DNA from: a virus
Virus record (IMG/VR): IMGVR_UViG_3300027749_000042
Direction: 5' to 3' (one strand)
DNA length: 64,000 nucleotides
Shown here piece after piece: positions 18,028 to 29,000 of this stretch. Every line of letters begins with the position of its first letter. Position 1 is the stretch's first letter. Below the pieces are notes generated by a model. The model ran no database searches. It was not told the origin of the DNA and saw nothing but the letters and a program-made list of their open reading frames with translations. The translations under genes were made by a program, and so were the position numbers.

Positions 18028-19286
18028 CAGATCAATCTACGGGTGCTGGGCTACTTACAACATGCACAATCAATGGCACTGATGTTCGCGCTATTGTAAA
18101 TCAGGTTGATTATTTTGAAAGTATCTATACCACAAGCACATCTTGCAATATCGTCGTCAACGATGCCAGTGGGTTTAGCCAAAACGCAAGCTTGAAAAAT
18201 GGCGAAGACGTTGAGATTGCGTTTGGTGGGCGTTCGGGATCACAAATCAAAATGAAGTTTGAGGTGTCGATTGTTGGTGATCGTATGCGCGTGAAAGATA
18301 ATCAGGACATGTACACACTCACGGCCGTATCGTCTGAGATGGCTTCGGATAATACAAAATCAATTGACAAGCCATACAAAGATATGAAGCTATCGGATAT
18401 GGTCAAGCAGGTTCATGAAATATACACCAAAGATTCTAAGACAATTAAGAAAGACCTGATTACCAACGAGGAAAGCGAAGGCAAACAAAACTACGTTGGT
18501 ACTGGACGCAACCCAACAACCGTATTCCGTTGGGCTGGCAAAGAGGCTAAATCGTCTAAAGCTAAAGCGTCAAATTATGTTTACTACCAAGACAGAGACG
18601 GATATCATTTCAAAACAATAGCATCAATGCTCGAAGGTTCTGAATCTATGACATTCTCATACGCTATGCAGAATACTGGTTCTGGTGGTGATGCAGCAAA
18701 ACGCATTATTTCATTCGAACAGAAACAAGATTTTAATGGGCTAGACGCAAGTGATAGTGGTGCAGAATCTCATCATCAATACATCTACGACCCATTGACA
18801 GGAAAAATAGATTCGGTTGCTAATGGTCAGAGAGATGGACAAGATTCAAAAACACTCAATGGAAAACCTATTATTGCAAAAGATGAGACAAAAGGAGCAA
18901 CACCTGGCTACAGAGGCAAAAGAGTTGATGTTGCTATTGCTCACGGTGGTGTAGGTAAAGGTGAAGGAACTGCCAGTAAATTTATTCAAGCTCGTTCCCC
19001 AAAAGACGTAGAAAATAAGAGAACTATAGGCGAGCATGGAGCACAAGCTACAATTGCTAATCAGCTTGAAAATCTTGTGATGAATGTCCTTGTCCCTGGT
19101 GATACCTCTATCAAACCCGGAATCAAAGTTAAATTGCAGGTACCAGCAAGCCAAGAAGGCAACGAATTAGACAACCGCTCTGGTGTGTTTCTCGTAACAA
19201 GTGTCCGCCACATCATATATAAAGATGACAAGGATATCAAATACAATTGTGTTTTGGAATGCAAATCCGATTCGCATAGTAAATAA
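18024..19286 (+). CDS. Baseplate hub protein (gp27-like)
   Basis: YFESIY, YYQDRDGYHFKTI, VPGD..I.PG, SG.FLVT.VRH; between gp53 and gp5. Confidence 0.7.
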   Translation: MTDQSTGAGLLTTCTINGTDVRAIVNQVDYFESIYTTSTSCNIVVNDASGFSQNASLKNGEDVEIAFGGRSGSQIKMKFEVSIVGDRMRVKDNQDMYTLTAVSSEMASDNTKSIDKPYKDMKLSDMVKQVHEIYTKDSKTIKKDLITNEESEGKQNYVGTGRNPTTVFRWAGKEAKSSKAKASNYVYYQDRDGYHFKTIASMLEGSESMTFSYAMQNTGSGGDAAKRIISFEQKQDFNGLDASDSGAESHHQYIYDPLTGKIDSVANGQRDGQDSKTLNGKPIIAKDETKGATPGYRGKRVDVAIAHGGVGKGEGTASKFIQARSPKDVENKRTIGEHGAQATIANQLENLVMNVLVPGDTSIKPGIKVKLQVPASQEGNELDNRSGVFLVTSVRHIIYKDDKDIKYNCVLECKSDSHSK

Positions 19287-19298
19287 GGAAACTTAGTC

Positions 19299-19682
19299 GT
19301 GGCAGAACCCGGTAGTACATTTGGTAAAAATTTAACATGGTGGGTAGGCACCGTTGAAGATCGTGGTACTGGGCAGTTCTCTGGTAAAAAAGATGAACTA
19401 AAGCTTGGGCGTTTGAAGGTAAGAATTCATGGGCACCACACAGAAGACAAAAGCGTTTTACCAACTAAAGAATTGCCATGGTGTGACGTTGCAACACCGA
19501 TGACATCCGCATCTATCAGTGGCGTTGGGCGCTCACCAACTGGTATCACTGAAGGATCAAAGGTATATGGATTTTTTTATGATGGTGAAGGAGCACAGTT
19601 TCCAGTGGCAGTTGGTTCATTCCCGCATATTCAACAAAAAGGCGGTTCAGGTAAAAAGTCACCAGGTTCAGGTAAGTCATAA
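19299..19682 (+). CDS. gp5: Stand-alone gp5 N-terminal OB-fold domain
   Basis: WW.G.VEDR...LGR.KVRI.G.H......LPT..LPW, G..V.GFF.DG...Q.P...G; only 127 aa, GTG start. Confidence 0.85.
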   Translation: MAEPGSTFGKNLTWWVGTVEDRGTGQFSGKKDELKLGRLKVRIHGHHTEDKSVLPTKELPWCDVATPMTSASISGVGRSPTGITEGSKVYGFFYDGEGAQFPVAVGSFPHIQQKGGSGKKSPGSGKS

Positions 19683-20653
19683 TGGCAATATCACAATCAC
19701 CATATGCAGATTACTTTATCAAAGTAAATTCTCTATCAACGACAAATCCAACACCGATCCTTACTGGTACGGTAAAATTTGACCGTATACAAAATCAAAC
19801 GATAGAGATAACTGTCAACTATATTACATACAAGTTATTTCAAGGTAATCTTGGAATTGATGAGACTGTTACACCTAACGTATGGAAGCTTCACTTCTCT
19901 GCACCTTTATATCCAGGGAATTATGACGTAGAAGCTAGAGTGATTGACGTTACCAATAATATCATCGTTGTTTCTGATAACGTATACGGCGAACTAACCA
20001 TTACACGCCCACAACCAGCATCACTTCAAGCTAGGTCTCAAAATCTAACGATTCCACAAAAAGTCATGCTTGTTGCTGGTCTATTAGATGCTGTATCTAA
20101 ACTGCCAGGTTCTGGTGGCAATTCTGGTGTTGGTGGTAACCCATCAGTTCATCCTGTTGTGGATGATGACTGTACAACATCATTTCCTGGGCGCGCTGAC
20201 CAAGAACGCGAGGAAGATCCTAGAGTCAAAGATAAAGACACAAGACAAAAACCAAATAAAATTCCTAAGCCACCTAAATCACACCCGTTTCCTGTTGTTG
20301 GTTCTGGTGGTGGTCCACTAGGTGCGCTTGGTGGTTTATTAGGTGCAGCATTAGGCGGTAAAGCTGGTGGGCTACTAGGTGCTGTTGGTGGTGCATTAGC
20401 AGGAAGCGCATTGGGTGGTGTTATTTCTGGTTTAGGTGGAAGTATACCAAGCTCATTAGGCGACCTTGCTAAGATGGCTACTGGTGGAACTGTTTTACCT
20501 AGTATGGAATCTGCCGCTGGTGATTTAGAAAAAGTTGCTGGTGAACAAGCTTCGGCGGCTGCCAGAGAAATTCCATTGCCACCAATTAAACCCGCTGATA
20601 TAGCAGGCAGACAAACAGAAGCTGGCACAGTAATGTCATCATCGGTAGGATAA
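19682..20653 (+). CDS. Hypothetical protein with Ig-like N-terminus and Gly-rich C-terminus, between the gp5 halves
   Basis: TT.P.LTGT...W.L...L.PG.YDVEA.V resembles bacterial Ig-like domains. Confidence 0.5.
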   Translation: MAISQSPYADYFIKVNSLSTTNPTPILTGTVKFDRIQNQTIEITVNYITYKLFQGNLGIDETVTPNVWKLHFSAPLYPGNYDVEARVIDVTNNIIVVSDNVYGELTITRPQPASLQARSQNLTIPQKVMLVAGLLDAVSKLPGSGGNSGVGGNPSVHPVVDDDCTTSFPGRADQEREEDPRVKDKDTRQKPNKIPKPPKSHPFPVVGSGGGPLGALGGLLGAALGGKAGGLLGAVGGALAGSALGGVISGLGGSIPSSLGDLAKMATGGTVLPSMESAAGDLEKVAGEQASAAAREIPLPPIKPADIAGRQTEAGTVMSSSVG

Positions 20654-20665
20654 GGGGAGTATATT

Positions 20666-21781
20666 ATGGCATTTCAAGATCCAAATGCAGCAGCATTAGC
20701 AGCAGGGGCACAACCTGGACAAACTGCTACTGTGACAGATGGCGGTGTTGCTGGTACACCATTTGAAGTAAAAGCACCAGAATCATCGCCTACAAGTTCA
20801 CCTGCACCTGCGGGTGGTGGATCAACGGCCGACGAAGCACCGCCTGGTGGTAAGAGTGCAAAGTATCTAGGTAATCACGTTACTACTACAGAATCCGGTC
20901 ATAAGATTGAAATTGATAATTCCCCTGGAGATCGTCGCTTACACATTTATCATGCATCGGGTACGTTCATCGAAATCAAAGACGATGGTATGCGTATCAG
21001 CAAAATTGTCGCAAAGGATCAAGAGTATGTGACTGGTGATAAAGATCAAGTTATTCATGGGAACTTTTTTGTTCATGTTGATGGCGACTATACGATGAAG
21101 GTTGAAAAGAAGTTCAAGCTTGAAGTTGGTGATTTTGAACTTATCAGTCATAAAGATATGAATTTTAAATCAGATGGCAATACGTTACAAGAGCATGGTG
21201 GCGATCAGCGCGTACAAGTTAATGGATTTGCTTCTCATCGTGCATCAAAAGATAGGGACTCTATTACAGGTGGCAATAGCTCAACCCACACATTAGGAAA
21301 CCATTTCTCAACAACCGTTGGTAATTTTACGAACACCGTTAATGGCGACAAATATGAAACGGTTGGCGGTATATTTTATCTTCATGGTAATAAAGATGCG
21401 TCGATTAGTTCAGGAAAAGATTTAGCATTGGGTGCTGTAGGTTCTGTTGGTATCAATGCCGAAACAGGTCAGTTTACAGCAAAATCTATAACAGGGTGCC
21501 AGATAGATGACCAAAACTTTATTCAGCTTTTCTCATATGGAGCTGGACCAGCATATTTAGGAAACTTTGGTGCTGGTGCAGCGGGTGTGCGAGCCAATGG
21601 TGGAGGCAATGCTGGTGTCGTTTCATCAAGTGCCAAAGCTATTCTATCAGGTGGAACCAACAATATCGTTAAGTCCGGAACGAGTACCATAATTGAAAGC
21701 GGTACCGCGGATACCGTTCCAACAAATACAGGAACATGGATTGGCGTAGGCGTAGTCAGTTCTATTACAACAGGATCTTAA
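20666..21781 (+). CDS. gp5: gp5 C-terminal beta-helix spike protein
   Basis: NHVTTTESGHKIEIDNSPG..RLHIYH.SGTF.EI..DG followed by V.G(D/N) repeats. Confidence 0.85.
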   Translation: MAFQDPNAAALAAGAQPGQTATVTDGGVAGTPFEVKAPESSPTSSPAPAGGGSTADEAPPGGKSAKYLGNHVTTTESGHKIEIDNSPGDRRLHIYHASGTFIEIKDDGMRISKIVAKDQEYVTGDKDQVIHGNFFVHVDGDYTMKVEKKFKLEVGDFELISHKDMNFKSDGNTLQEHGGDQRVQVNGFASHRASKDRDSITGGNSSTHTLGNHFSTTVGNFTNTVNGDKYETVGGIFYLHGNKDASISSGKDLALGAVGSVGINAETGQFTAKSITGCQIDDQNFIQLFSYGAGPAYLGNFGAGAAGVRANGGGNAGVVSSSAKAILSGGTNNIVKSGTSTIIESGTADTVPTNTGTWIGVGVVSSITTGS

Positions 21782-21787
21782 ACTAAA

Positions 21788-23584
21788 ATGGCAGATCAAC
21801 TCCAATTAGACTACCAGCTAAGAGCCGTTTTAGGGCAGACGATAAATCTTGTTGCCGGCACTGAATATGTGATATATGGCACACCGCACAAGTATATGGG
21901 TACTGATCTAATTCATCAACAAGCTACAAGATTGATGAACGACCATCCAGATTTATTCAATGCGTCTGTTGCGCTTGGTATGATGCGCGATCCTCTTGGG
22001 TATAGACCTCCACCATTTCAATTATCACCTAATGTTGTCGCTGGTCTAGCGGCTGCGTCAGCCGTTGGTAAGCTTGCGGATCTAGCAGGAATGGGAAAAG
22101 CAATAAGCGATCTTGCTCCTGGTCTTAGTTCTGCGATGGAAGGTTTGACAGGGCAAATGGGTTCCTTGATGAAGTCTTTACCGTTTACCAAACTTGGTGC
22201 GATTGGTTTGACATTGCCTGGAAACATTCTCGCAACTAAAGCTATATTGACAGCCGCAATTGAAGGACCATTTTCAGCGATAGCAATGGCCATGAAAGGT
22301 AGTCTACTAGCCGATGTTGTCAAAGCTGCCGAATCTGCTGCTGGTGCGCTTGGTGCCGCTGTAAACCTTGCAAGTCAAGTCGGTGGTTTGGCTAAAGCTA
22401 TGAGTTCTGGAAATCCTGTTGCTATGGCAGGTGTGGCTGCTGGGATTGCATCTCAATTCCCTATGATTAATCCAAATGCAATTGCTGGACAAATGATTTC
22501 TGGTGCTTTGTCTGGTGCTGGTTTTGATATCGCATCAAAGATCCCAAACATGAGCATGGTAGGCGGAATTATGAACATGCTTCATATACCAGGCAAGCTT
22601 CCTACAAAGGATGCACCTAAGCCTATCAAAACTGCTGCACCACCAAAGCCATTAAAACCAGTCGAGTTAAAGAACCTATTTGCTGAAGGCGCAGCCGCTG
22701 GTAGTATTTCAGATTTAACTAAACCATTATCACAACTCATGGGTATTGCTGCAACGGTTGCGGGTGCTGTTGGTGTCGCAAGCATGGTCGCGCATAGCGC
22801 GTCAGCCACATCATCTGGTCGTCAAAAACTAACAGGGAATGCAAATACTGTAAACTGGGGATCTAATGGGTATACACGCGATCCATACGTGGATGCTATT
22901 ACTGCTCGTCGTATGGCTTTATCATCATCAATTGAAAAACACACCAAAGAACTAAACGTGATGACAGCTGACCCATATAATATTCTTTATTCATTGCCTT
23001 ATTCAGAATTGGTGCGCCGTTATCCTCAAATTAGACCAAATACTCCTGTTGCTCAAGCCTTGCAATTTATTAAAACAGCGCAAACAGTTGCATTGTTGGC
23101 TGGTATTACCGTTGATATCGTTTCAAGTATTGGATCTTACAATTTTGAGTCTGGAGGTGTTATAGATAGTGGTGCGGCTAAATCTAGCACCAGCACGACA
23201 CCAGCATTACTTGATGATGCGTATGGATCTTTGAGAGAACCAACGCTACAAGATCGTACAAATCCAGCCACATTCCGTGGTGCACAAGTACCCAACCCAC
23301 AAGAACCATACGATTCTAGCGCGTCTGCATACAAATATCTTGACGGTGAATTTGGCAACGAATCAAACTATGCATCAATAAACAAAACTATTGATAGAGG
23401 ATCTGATCCATATCAGTTAGGTGATGGGTTTAATGACCCACAAGCTTGGGTTCAGACGGTAGAAGATAAGATTACAGAAGAAGTTGTATCTGGTCCAAAT
23501 CTACCAGATCCTAATCAAGGTTATGATTATGGGAAACAAGGTGACAATAGTGTAGGTGAAGCTTATCCTAATTATAGCGAATGA
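21788..23584 (+). CDS. Ala/Gly-rich hypothetical baseplate-region protein
   Basis: 598-aa ORF co-oriented between gp5C and gp25. Confidence 0.6.
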   Translation: MADQLQLDYQLRAVLGQTINLVAGTEYVIYGTPHKYMGTDLIHQQATRLMNDHPDLFNASVALGMMRDPLGYRPPPFQLSPNVVAGLAAASAVGKLADLAGMGKAISDLAPGLSSAMEGLTGQMGSLMKSLPFTKLGAIGLTLPGNILATKAILTAAIEGPFSAIAMAMKGSLLADVVKAAESAAGALGAAVNLASQVGGLAKAMSSGNPVAMAGVAAGIASQFPMINPNAIAGQMISGALSGAGFDIASKIPNMSMVGGIMNMLHIPGKLPTKDAPKPIKTAAPPKPLKPVELKNLFAEGAAAGSISDLTKPLSQLMGIAATVAGAVGVASMVAHSASATSSGRQKLTGNANTVNWGSNGYTRDPYVDAITARRMALSSSIEKHTKELNVMTADPYNILYSLPYSELVRRYPQIRPNTPVAQALQFIKTAQTVALLAGITVDIVSSIGSYNFESGGVIDSGAAKSSTSTTPALLDDAYGSLREPTLQDRTNPATFRGAQVPNPQEPYDSSASAYKYLDGEFGNESNYASINKTIDRGSDPYQLGDGFNDPQAWVQTVEDKITEEVVSGPNLPDPNQGYDYGKQGDNSVGEAYPNYSE

Positions 23585-23611
23585 TAGTATCTGACCGGTT
23601 ACAACATCCTT

Positions 23612-23640
23612 ATTATACCTTAAAAATAACTAAATGTCAA
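23612..23640 (-). promoter_or_regulatory. Perfect-consensus sigma70 promoter, antisense to baseplate genes
   Basis: Minus strand TTGACA(23640-23635)-N17-TATAAT(23617-23612). Confidence 0.75.
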
Positions 23641-23652
23641 GAGTTTTTTCGT

Positions 23653-23660
23653 AATAAATA
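23653..23660 (+). promoter_or_regulatory. Late promoter variant
   Basis: AATAAATA upstream of gp25. Confidence 0.5.
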
Positions 23661-23681
23661 ACAGATAAAGGAAAAAACTTA

Positions 23682-24110
23682 ATGGTCAAAAAGTTACCAC
23701 CATCGCTTACCAAAACGTCTTATAGGGACTTTGATCTGTCCTTTAAGAAGCATCCTGTCACGGGAAAATTGTTGGTAAAGAAAGACGATGATGCTGTTAA
23801 ACAGGCCGTTAAGAATTTGGTTTTAACAAACAAATACGAGAGACCGTTTAGCCCAGAATTTGGGGGCGACGTTAGATCGAAACTTTTTGAGAACTTTTCG
23901 CCATTTATTCAATCCGATATGGAAACGCGAATCAACACCACGCTCAAAAATTATGAGCCTCGTGTTAAAATTATGAACGATCTTGGTATTGATACCGTAA
24001 CCGTAATTCCTTACCCTGACTATAATGGTTTAAATGTTACCGTTAGATTCAAAGTAATTGCTTCATTGAGCGACGTTTCGCTAGACATTAATCTTAACAG
24101 GGTCCACTAA
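23682..24110 (+). CDS. gp25: Baseplate wedge subunit gp25
   Basis: Y.DFDLSF..HP, AVKQAVKNLVLT...ERPF.P.FG, YEPRV. Confidence 0.93.
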   Translation: MVKKLPPSLTKTSYRDFDLSFKKHPVTGKLLVKKDDDAVKQAVKNLVLTNKYERPFSPEFGGDVRSKLFENFSPFIQSDMETRINTTLKNYEPRVKIMNDLGIDTVTVIPYPDYNGLNVTVRFKVIASLSDVSLDINLNRVH

Positions 24111-26011
24111 TGGCTGCTAATACCGATCTCATCGTAACAGGGTTAGATTTTACCGCTATTCGCGCAAATCTACGCAATTTTCTTGCAGCTAAGCCAGAAT
24201 TTACCGATTATGACTTCCAAGACTCAGCAATGGGCACACTATTGGATTTGCTTGCATATAATACCTACTATCAAGCTTTTTATGCCAACATGGCTACCGC
24301 TGAGGGTTTTCTTGATAGCGCACAGATTTACGATAGTGTTGTTTCTCGTGCCAAAGCAATTGGATATCTGCCATCATCCGCACGTGGCGCGACTGCAAAT
24401 CTTCAGATCATATTTACGGCTAGTGTGGCTACACCTACATTCCGTTCCATTTTGATACCAAAAAACACTCGATTTACCACAACAATCAACGGCACAGCAT
24501 ATATTTTTGTAACACCACAAACATATACGGTCACTGCAAATTCAACAAGTGGGTTTGCCAGTTATATAAACATTACAGAAGGCGAACCGCTTACCCATAG
24601 ATATCTATTCAATCGAGCATCAAACACATCATTCGTATTACCGAATGAAAATGTAGATACATCAAGTATTACCGTATCGGTAACTACAGCTGGGAATACG
24701 CAAACATACGTTCGCGCAGATGATATTTTGACTGTTAATTCTAGCTCAAAAGTTTATTTTATTGAAGCTGACAAGGGATACAAATACAAAGTTTCATTTG
24801 GAGATGGTGTGTTTGGTACATACCCAATAAACTCAAGCGTCGTTAATATTTCGTATCGCGTATGCAATGGCGAAATGACTAATGGCGCCAACGATTTTAG
24901 ATTGGTTGGATCTACAATTGACGGACAAGCCAGTGTTTACATAGCCTCAGTTGGACGTGCTTCCGGAGGCGCTGAAGTTGAAGGTATTGAGTCGGTTCGA
25001 CTCAATGCTCCTCTCTCATACGAAACACAAAATCGAGCTGTAATTAATAACGATTACGAGCGTATTATTTTACGCGACAATCCAGATATTCAAGCGATTA
25101 GTACCTGGGGTGGTGAGGATAATTATCCGCCTATCTACGGTAAAGTTTTTGTGTGTGCTAAACCAAAAATAGGTAATATTTTTTCATCAAGCCGTAAAAA
25201 TACCATCAAGATCAATCTAAAAAAATATAACGTACAGTCTATCGACGTTGAAATGGTTGACCCTACTTATTTGTATATCATACCTAGCGTCATTGTTCGT
25301 GCTGATTTCCGAAACACAACATTGACACCAGGTGAAATTGCATCGCGTGTTGCAAGTAAAATTATCTCATATGAGACAACTGGTTTAAATTTATTTGGTA
25401 AACGCTTTCGCTTTTCTAAATTTTTAGAAACTATAGACGCAGCTGACGATTCAATAATGACTTCGGACGCTAATATTCAAACAAAAAAAATGTTCATCCC
25501 GTCTTTGACTACGCCAAGCACATATACGCTGCGTTTCAATCATTCAATTCAAGGGCTAGGTGGGTATATTTCTAACATACCAGATAATATCAGTTTGGGT
25601 ACAGTTACTTCATCTAAATTTACATATCAGGGGTATGAAAATTGCTACTTTGATGACAATGGGTATGGAACTCTTCAAATCTATTATCCAAATCGCACTG
25701 ATAATAGCGCAGAAATTCTTTCTCGTAATTATCTATCAGTTAACGCCGGAACAGTCGATTATGAAAATGGCATAGTAACGATTACATCTTTCTTACCCCA
25801 ATCATATGATGGGTCAACTATGTCTATAGTGTGTTCGCCAACAACAACAAATATTGTACCAATTCGAAATCAAATCTTACTTATGGCACAATCAAAAATT
25901 CAAGTTATTGATGATCTTTCTGGTGTTGTGGTAGCATCCGTCACAAGCGTGGAAACTATTGGGCAAACACAAACATCGGTAATCCCAGGCGGAAGGTTAA
26001 ATAACTTCTAA
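24110..26011 (+). CDS. gp6: Baseplate wedge subunit gp6
   Basis: LDF..I..NL, LLDLLAYNT, FLDSA...SVVS.AK..GY.P, FGDG..G, QNRAV...DY, WGGE. Confidence 0.93.
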   Translation: MAANTDLIVTGLDFTAIRANLRNFLAAKPEFTDYDFQDSAMGTLLDLLAYNTYYQAFYANMATAEGFLDSAQIYDSVVSRAKAIGYLPSSARGATANLQIIFTASVATPTFRSILIPKNTRFTTTINGTAYIFVTPQTYTVTANSTSGFASYINITEGEPLTHRYLFNRASNTSFVLPNENVDTSSITVSVTTAGNTQTYVRADDILTVNSSSKVYFIEADKGYKYKVSFGDGVFGTYPINSSVVNISYRVCNGEMTNGANDFRLVGSTIDGQASVYIASVGRASGGAEVEGIESVRLNAPLSYETQNRAVINNDYERIILRDNPDIQAISTWGGEDNYPPIYGKVFVCAKPKIGNIFSSSRKNTIKINLKKYNVQSIDVEMVDPTYLYIIPSVIVRADFRNTTLTPGEIASRVASKIISYETTGLNLFGKRFRFSKFLETIDAADDSIMTSDANIQTKKMFIPSLTTPSTYTLRFNHSIQGLGGYISNIPDNISLGTVTSSKFTYQGYENCYFDDNGYGTLQIYYPNRTDNSAEILSRNYLSVNAGTVDYENGIVTITSFLPQSYDGSTMSIVCSPTTTNIVPIRNQILLMAQSKIQVIDDLSGVVVASVTSVETIGQTQTSVIPGGRLNNF

Positions 26012-29000
26012 TGGCAACATATGCAGTAGGTATTGTAGAATTTATAGCCGTTACAGCAGACCAAGTTCTTCAATGGGGTGCTGGTGCTGCTGCCACAGCG
26101 AATGTGGCCGTTTCGGAAATTGTTGGTGGCCCTGTTTGGTCGCTTTCGATTACTGAATCCGCTCGCGCAAACAATACCACATTTATGAGATATACTGGTG
26201 CCGCGGCTATGGCCGAAAGTGTATCTATTACCGATACCCCTGCTTCTATATCAAATATTGTTGAAACTATAACCGCGTCTACAACTCAAAGAGCAAATGT
26301 AGTATTTGCGGCTAGTATTACCTCACCAGTATCTGCAACCGATGCGTTTATTCGCGTTACACCAGTTTCTATCGTAGAATCCGTAACACTTAGAGATCAA
26401 CCATTTTACGAAAAGCATGTTGTATCTGGTGCTGAGGAAATTTATCGTAAGATATCACCAAAAATTGAAATGCAATTCCCAGGATTCATTCGTGAAGAAG
26501 GACCTCAGTTTGTCGCATTTCTCAAAGGATATCACCAGTTTGCTGAACAGACTGGTATGCCTATTGATGCCATTCGTGGGTTACCAGATAATCAAGACAT
26601 TGATCGTTCATTAGATATGTTTGTTGAATATTTTAGACGCGAATTTATGCCAAACATACCAAAATATGTTGCGGCCGATCAGCGTTTGATGACAAAGTAT
26701 ATTAGAGAATTTTACAGAAGTCGTGGTTCAGACGATTCTTTTAGAGCTATCTTCCGTGCTATGTTCAACAAAGAAATTGATCTGTACTATCCTGGTCAAG
26801 ATGTTCTTCGTGCGTCTGATGGGCGTTGGGTAAAAGAAACCATCATTCGTGTTGGTACACCATATAACACTATACCAACAAGCATGGCTGGTAACATCAT
26901 TACCGGGCTAACGTCTGGCGCGACCGCGCGTGTAGAAAATACACAGACACTAGAAGCATCAGGCATCTTGGTATATGATTTAACAATTCAAGGCGTTGTT
27001 GGAACATTTTCTGACGGTGAAATCGTACAAGATGAATATGGTAACCGTGCTACAATCAATAACCAGCTAGGTGCTTTGACTGGTATTGATGTTTTACAAG
27101 GCGGCGCATTTCACTCGGCTGGTGGATCGTATCACAAAAAAGGTGACGTGGTTGAAATAACCGGCGCTTCTTCTTCCGAACCAGCGTACGGAATCGTGAC
27201 CGAAGTTAGCAATAAAAGCGCAGTGCAAGTTACGTTACTTAATGGTGGGGCTGGGTACACAAAAGATCACACCGTCATAACAACATCTGGCGGATCTGGT
27301 GTTGGACTCGCTATAAGAATCAATTCATGGACACAGACGGCTGTAAGTACAGCAATCAATAGTGATGCTATTGCGCCTATGGCTTTGGTTATGATTGGTA
27401 CTCCAAATTATTTCGTATCTACTGGAGCCAATACGGCGACAGTATCGTCAAAATTATCTGGTAAACTAATTTTTAGCACCACGTCAAATACAATTTCTGG
27501 TATCGGCACCACATTTCAATCGCAGCTTTCAAATGATTTGTTGGTTCGAGTTGCTGGGCAAGCTAATACATTGCGCGTTCATTCTGTATTGAGCGACACA
27601 TCATTTGTATCGGCATTTAGACCTTTAAATAATCAAACATCACCAGGGGCCGATGCATATATTCGCTTGGCTGCCGCTAACGTAAATTCTACATTGGCTT
27701 CGGCATTTGCGTTCTCGACAACAGGGACATATTCGATCAATTCGATTGCTATCATTAGCCCTGGATATGATTATAAAACACTACCTACGATTACGATTAC
27801 TGACGACACTACATCCGTATTGAATATCGAAGATGGTAATGGTGGATTCCTTGGACGTAATGCTGTTATTGGTATTGATAATGCACCAGGTGCTATCGTA
27901 AGCATCGACATTACCGCTGGTGGTGCCAACTTCAATAGAAACGAACTTGCTACGATTCAAAACGTAACGCAAGGTAATAGTGTCATCATCGAATCTACGC
28001 CAGGCAATCTTGGCACCACGTGGCGCAAAACAAAGACAACATTCAATGCTTCCGGTACACCTCAAGTTTCTGGCATCACAAAACTTCCTGGACGATACAC
28101 AGATACTAAAGGTTTCCTAAGTTGGAACAATAGACTTCAGGATAACTATTATTACCAGGAATTCTCTTATGTTGTTCGTGTTACTGAGCTTGTCGATAAG
28201 TATCGTGATATTATCAAAAATCTTGTGCACCCTGCTGGAACCAAGATGTTTGGTACATACAATATGCGCTCAGCAGCCACAATGCCATTCACTCTTGTTC
28301 AAGCAAGCTCAAATATCCAAAACGTAAGAGATAATGAGCCAGTTACGGCATTGGATAGCTTCACTGGTACGATGGTCAGCAATGGCAGCATAACATCTTC
28401 TTCGATAACACCAGCAGAAATTACCGCTGCGTATGTGTCGAAAGATGTTAATATATCAAATGTTGCTAATGCTAATGGCGTACCAGCTGCTCTTGCTACA
28501 TACCCAGGTGCAGGCACTGCTAACGTCACAGCGACAACCACAAAAACTGCTATTGGTACATACCCAGCTGCTGGTACAGCTAACACAGCCGTTACAGATA
28601 CTCCAGTTGCTATCGGTACATACCCAGCCGCGCGCACTGAAGCAGCTACCGCAAATAATACTCAGGTTGCTATTGCTACATATCCAGGTGCAGGTACTGC
28701 AAATATCGCTCTTAATACAACACAAGCGGCTGAGAAATTAATTCTTGCATCAGGAAGATATGTCACTGTTCAATACGCCAATAGCACCGTTTCTCTGTAC
28801 GAATCAATACCAACAAGCGTGTACGACGCGATTGCAATTTCGATGTTCGACGACAAACCAAGATTGGTTCGTATTGCGAAAGGCACACCGTGGTTTGCAA
28901 ACAACGCTCTCCGTGCAAATACAGGAAGCATTCAAGTCGGTGGAAACGGAACAAGCGTTATCGTTTCCGCTGTTGGAAGCGGAAGTACTACTGTGTATCA

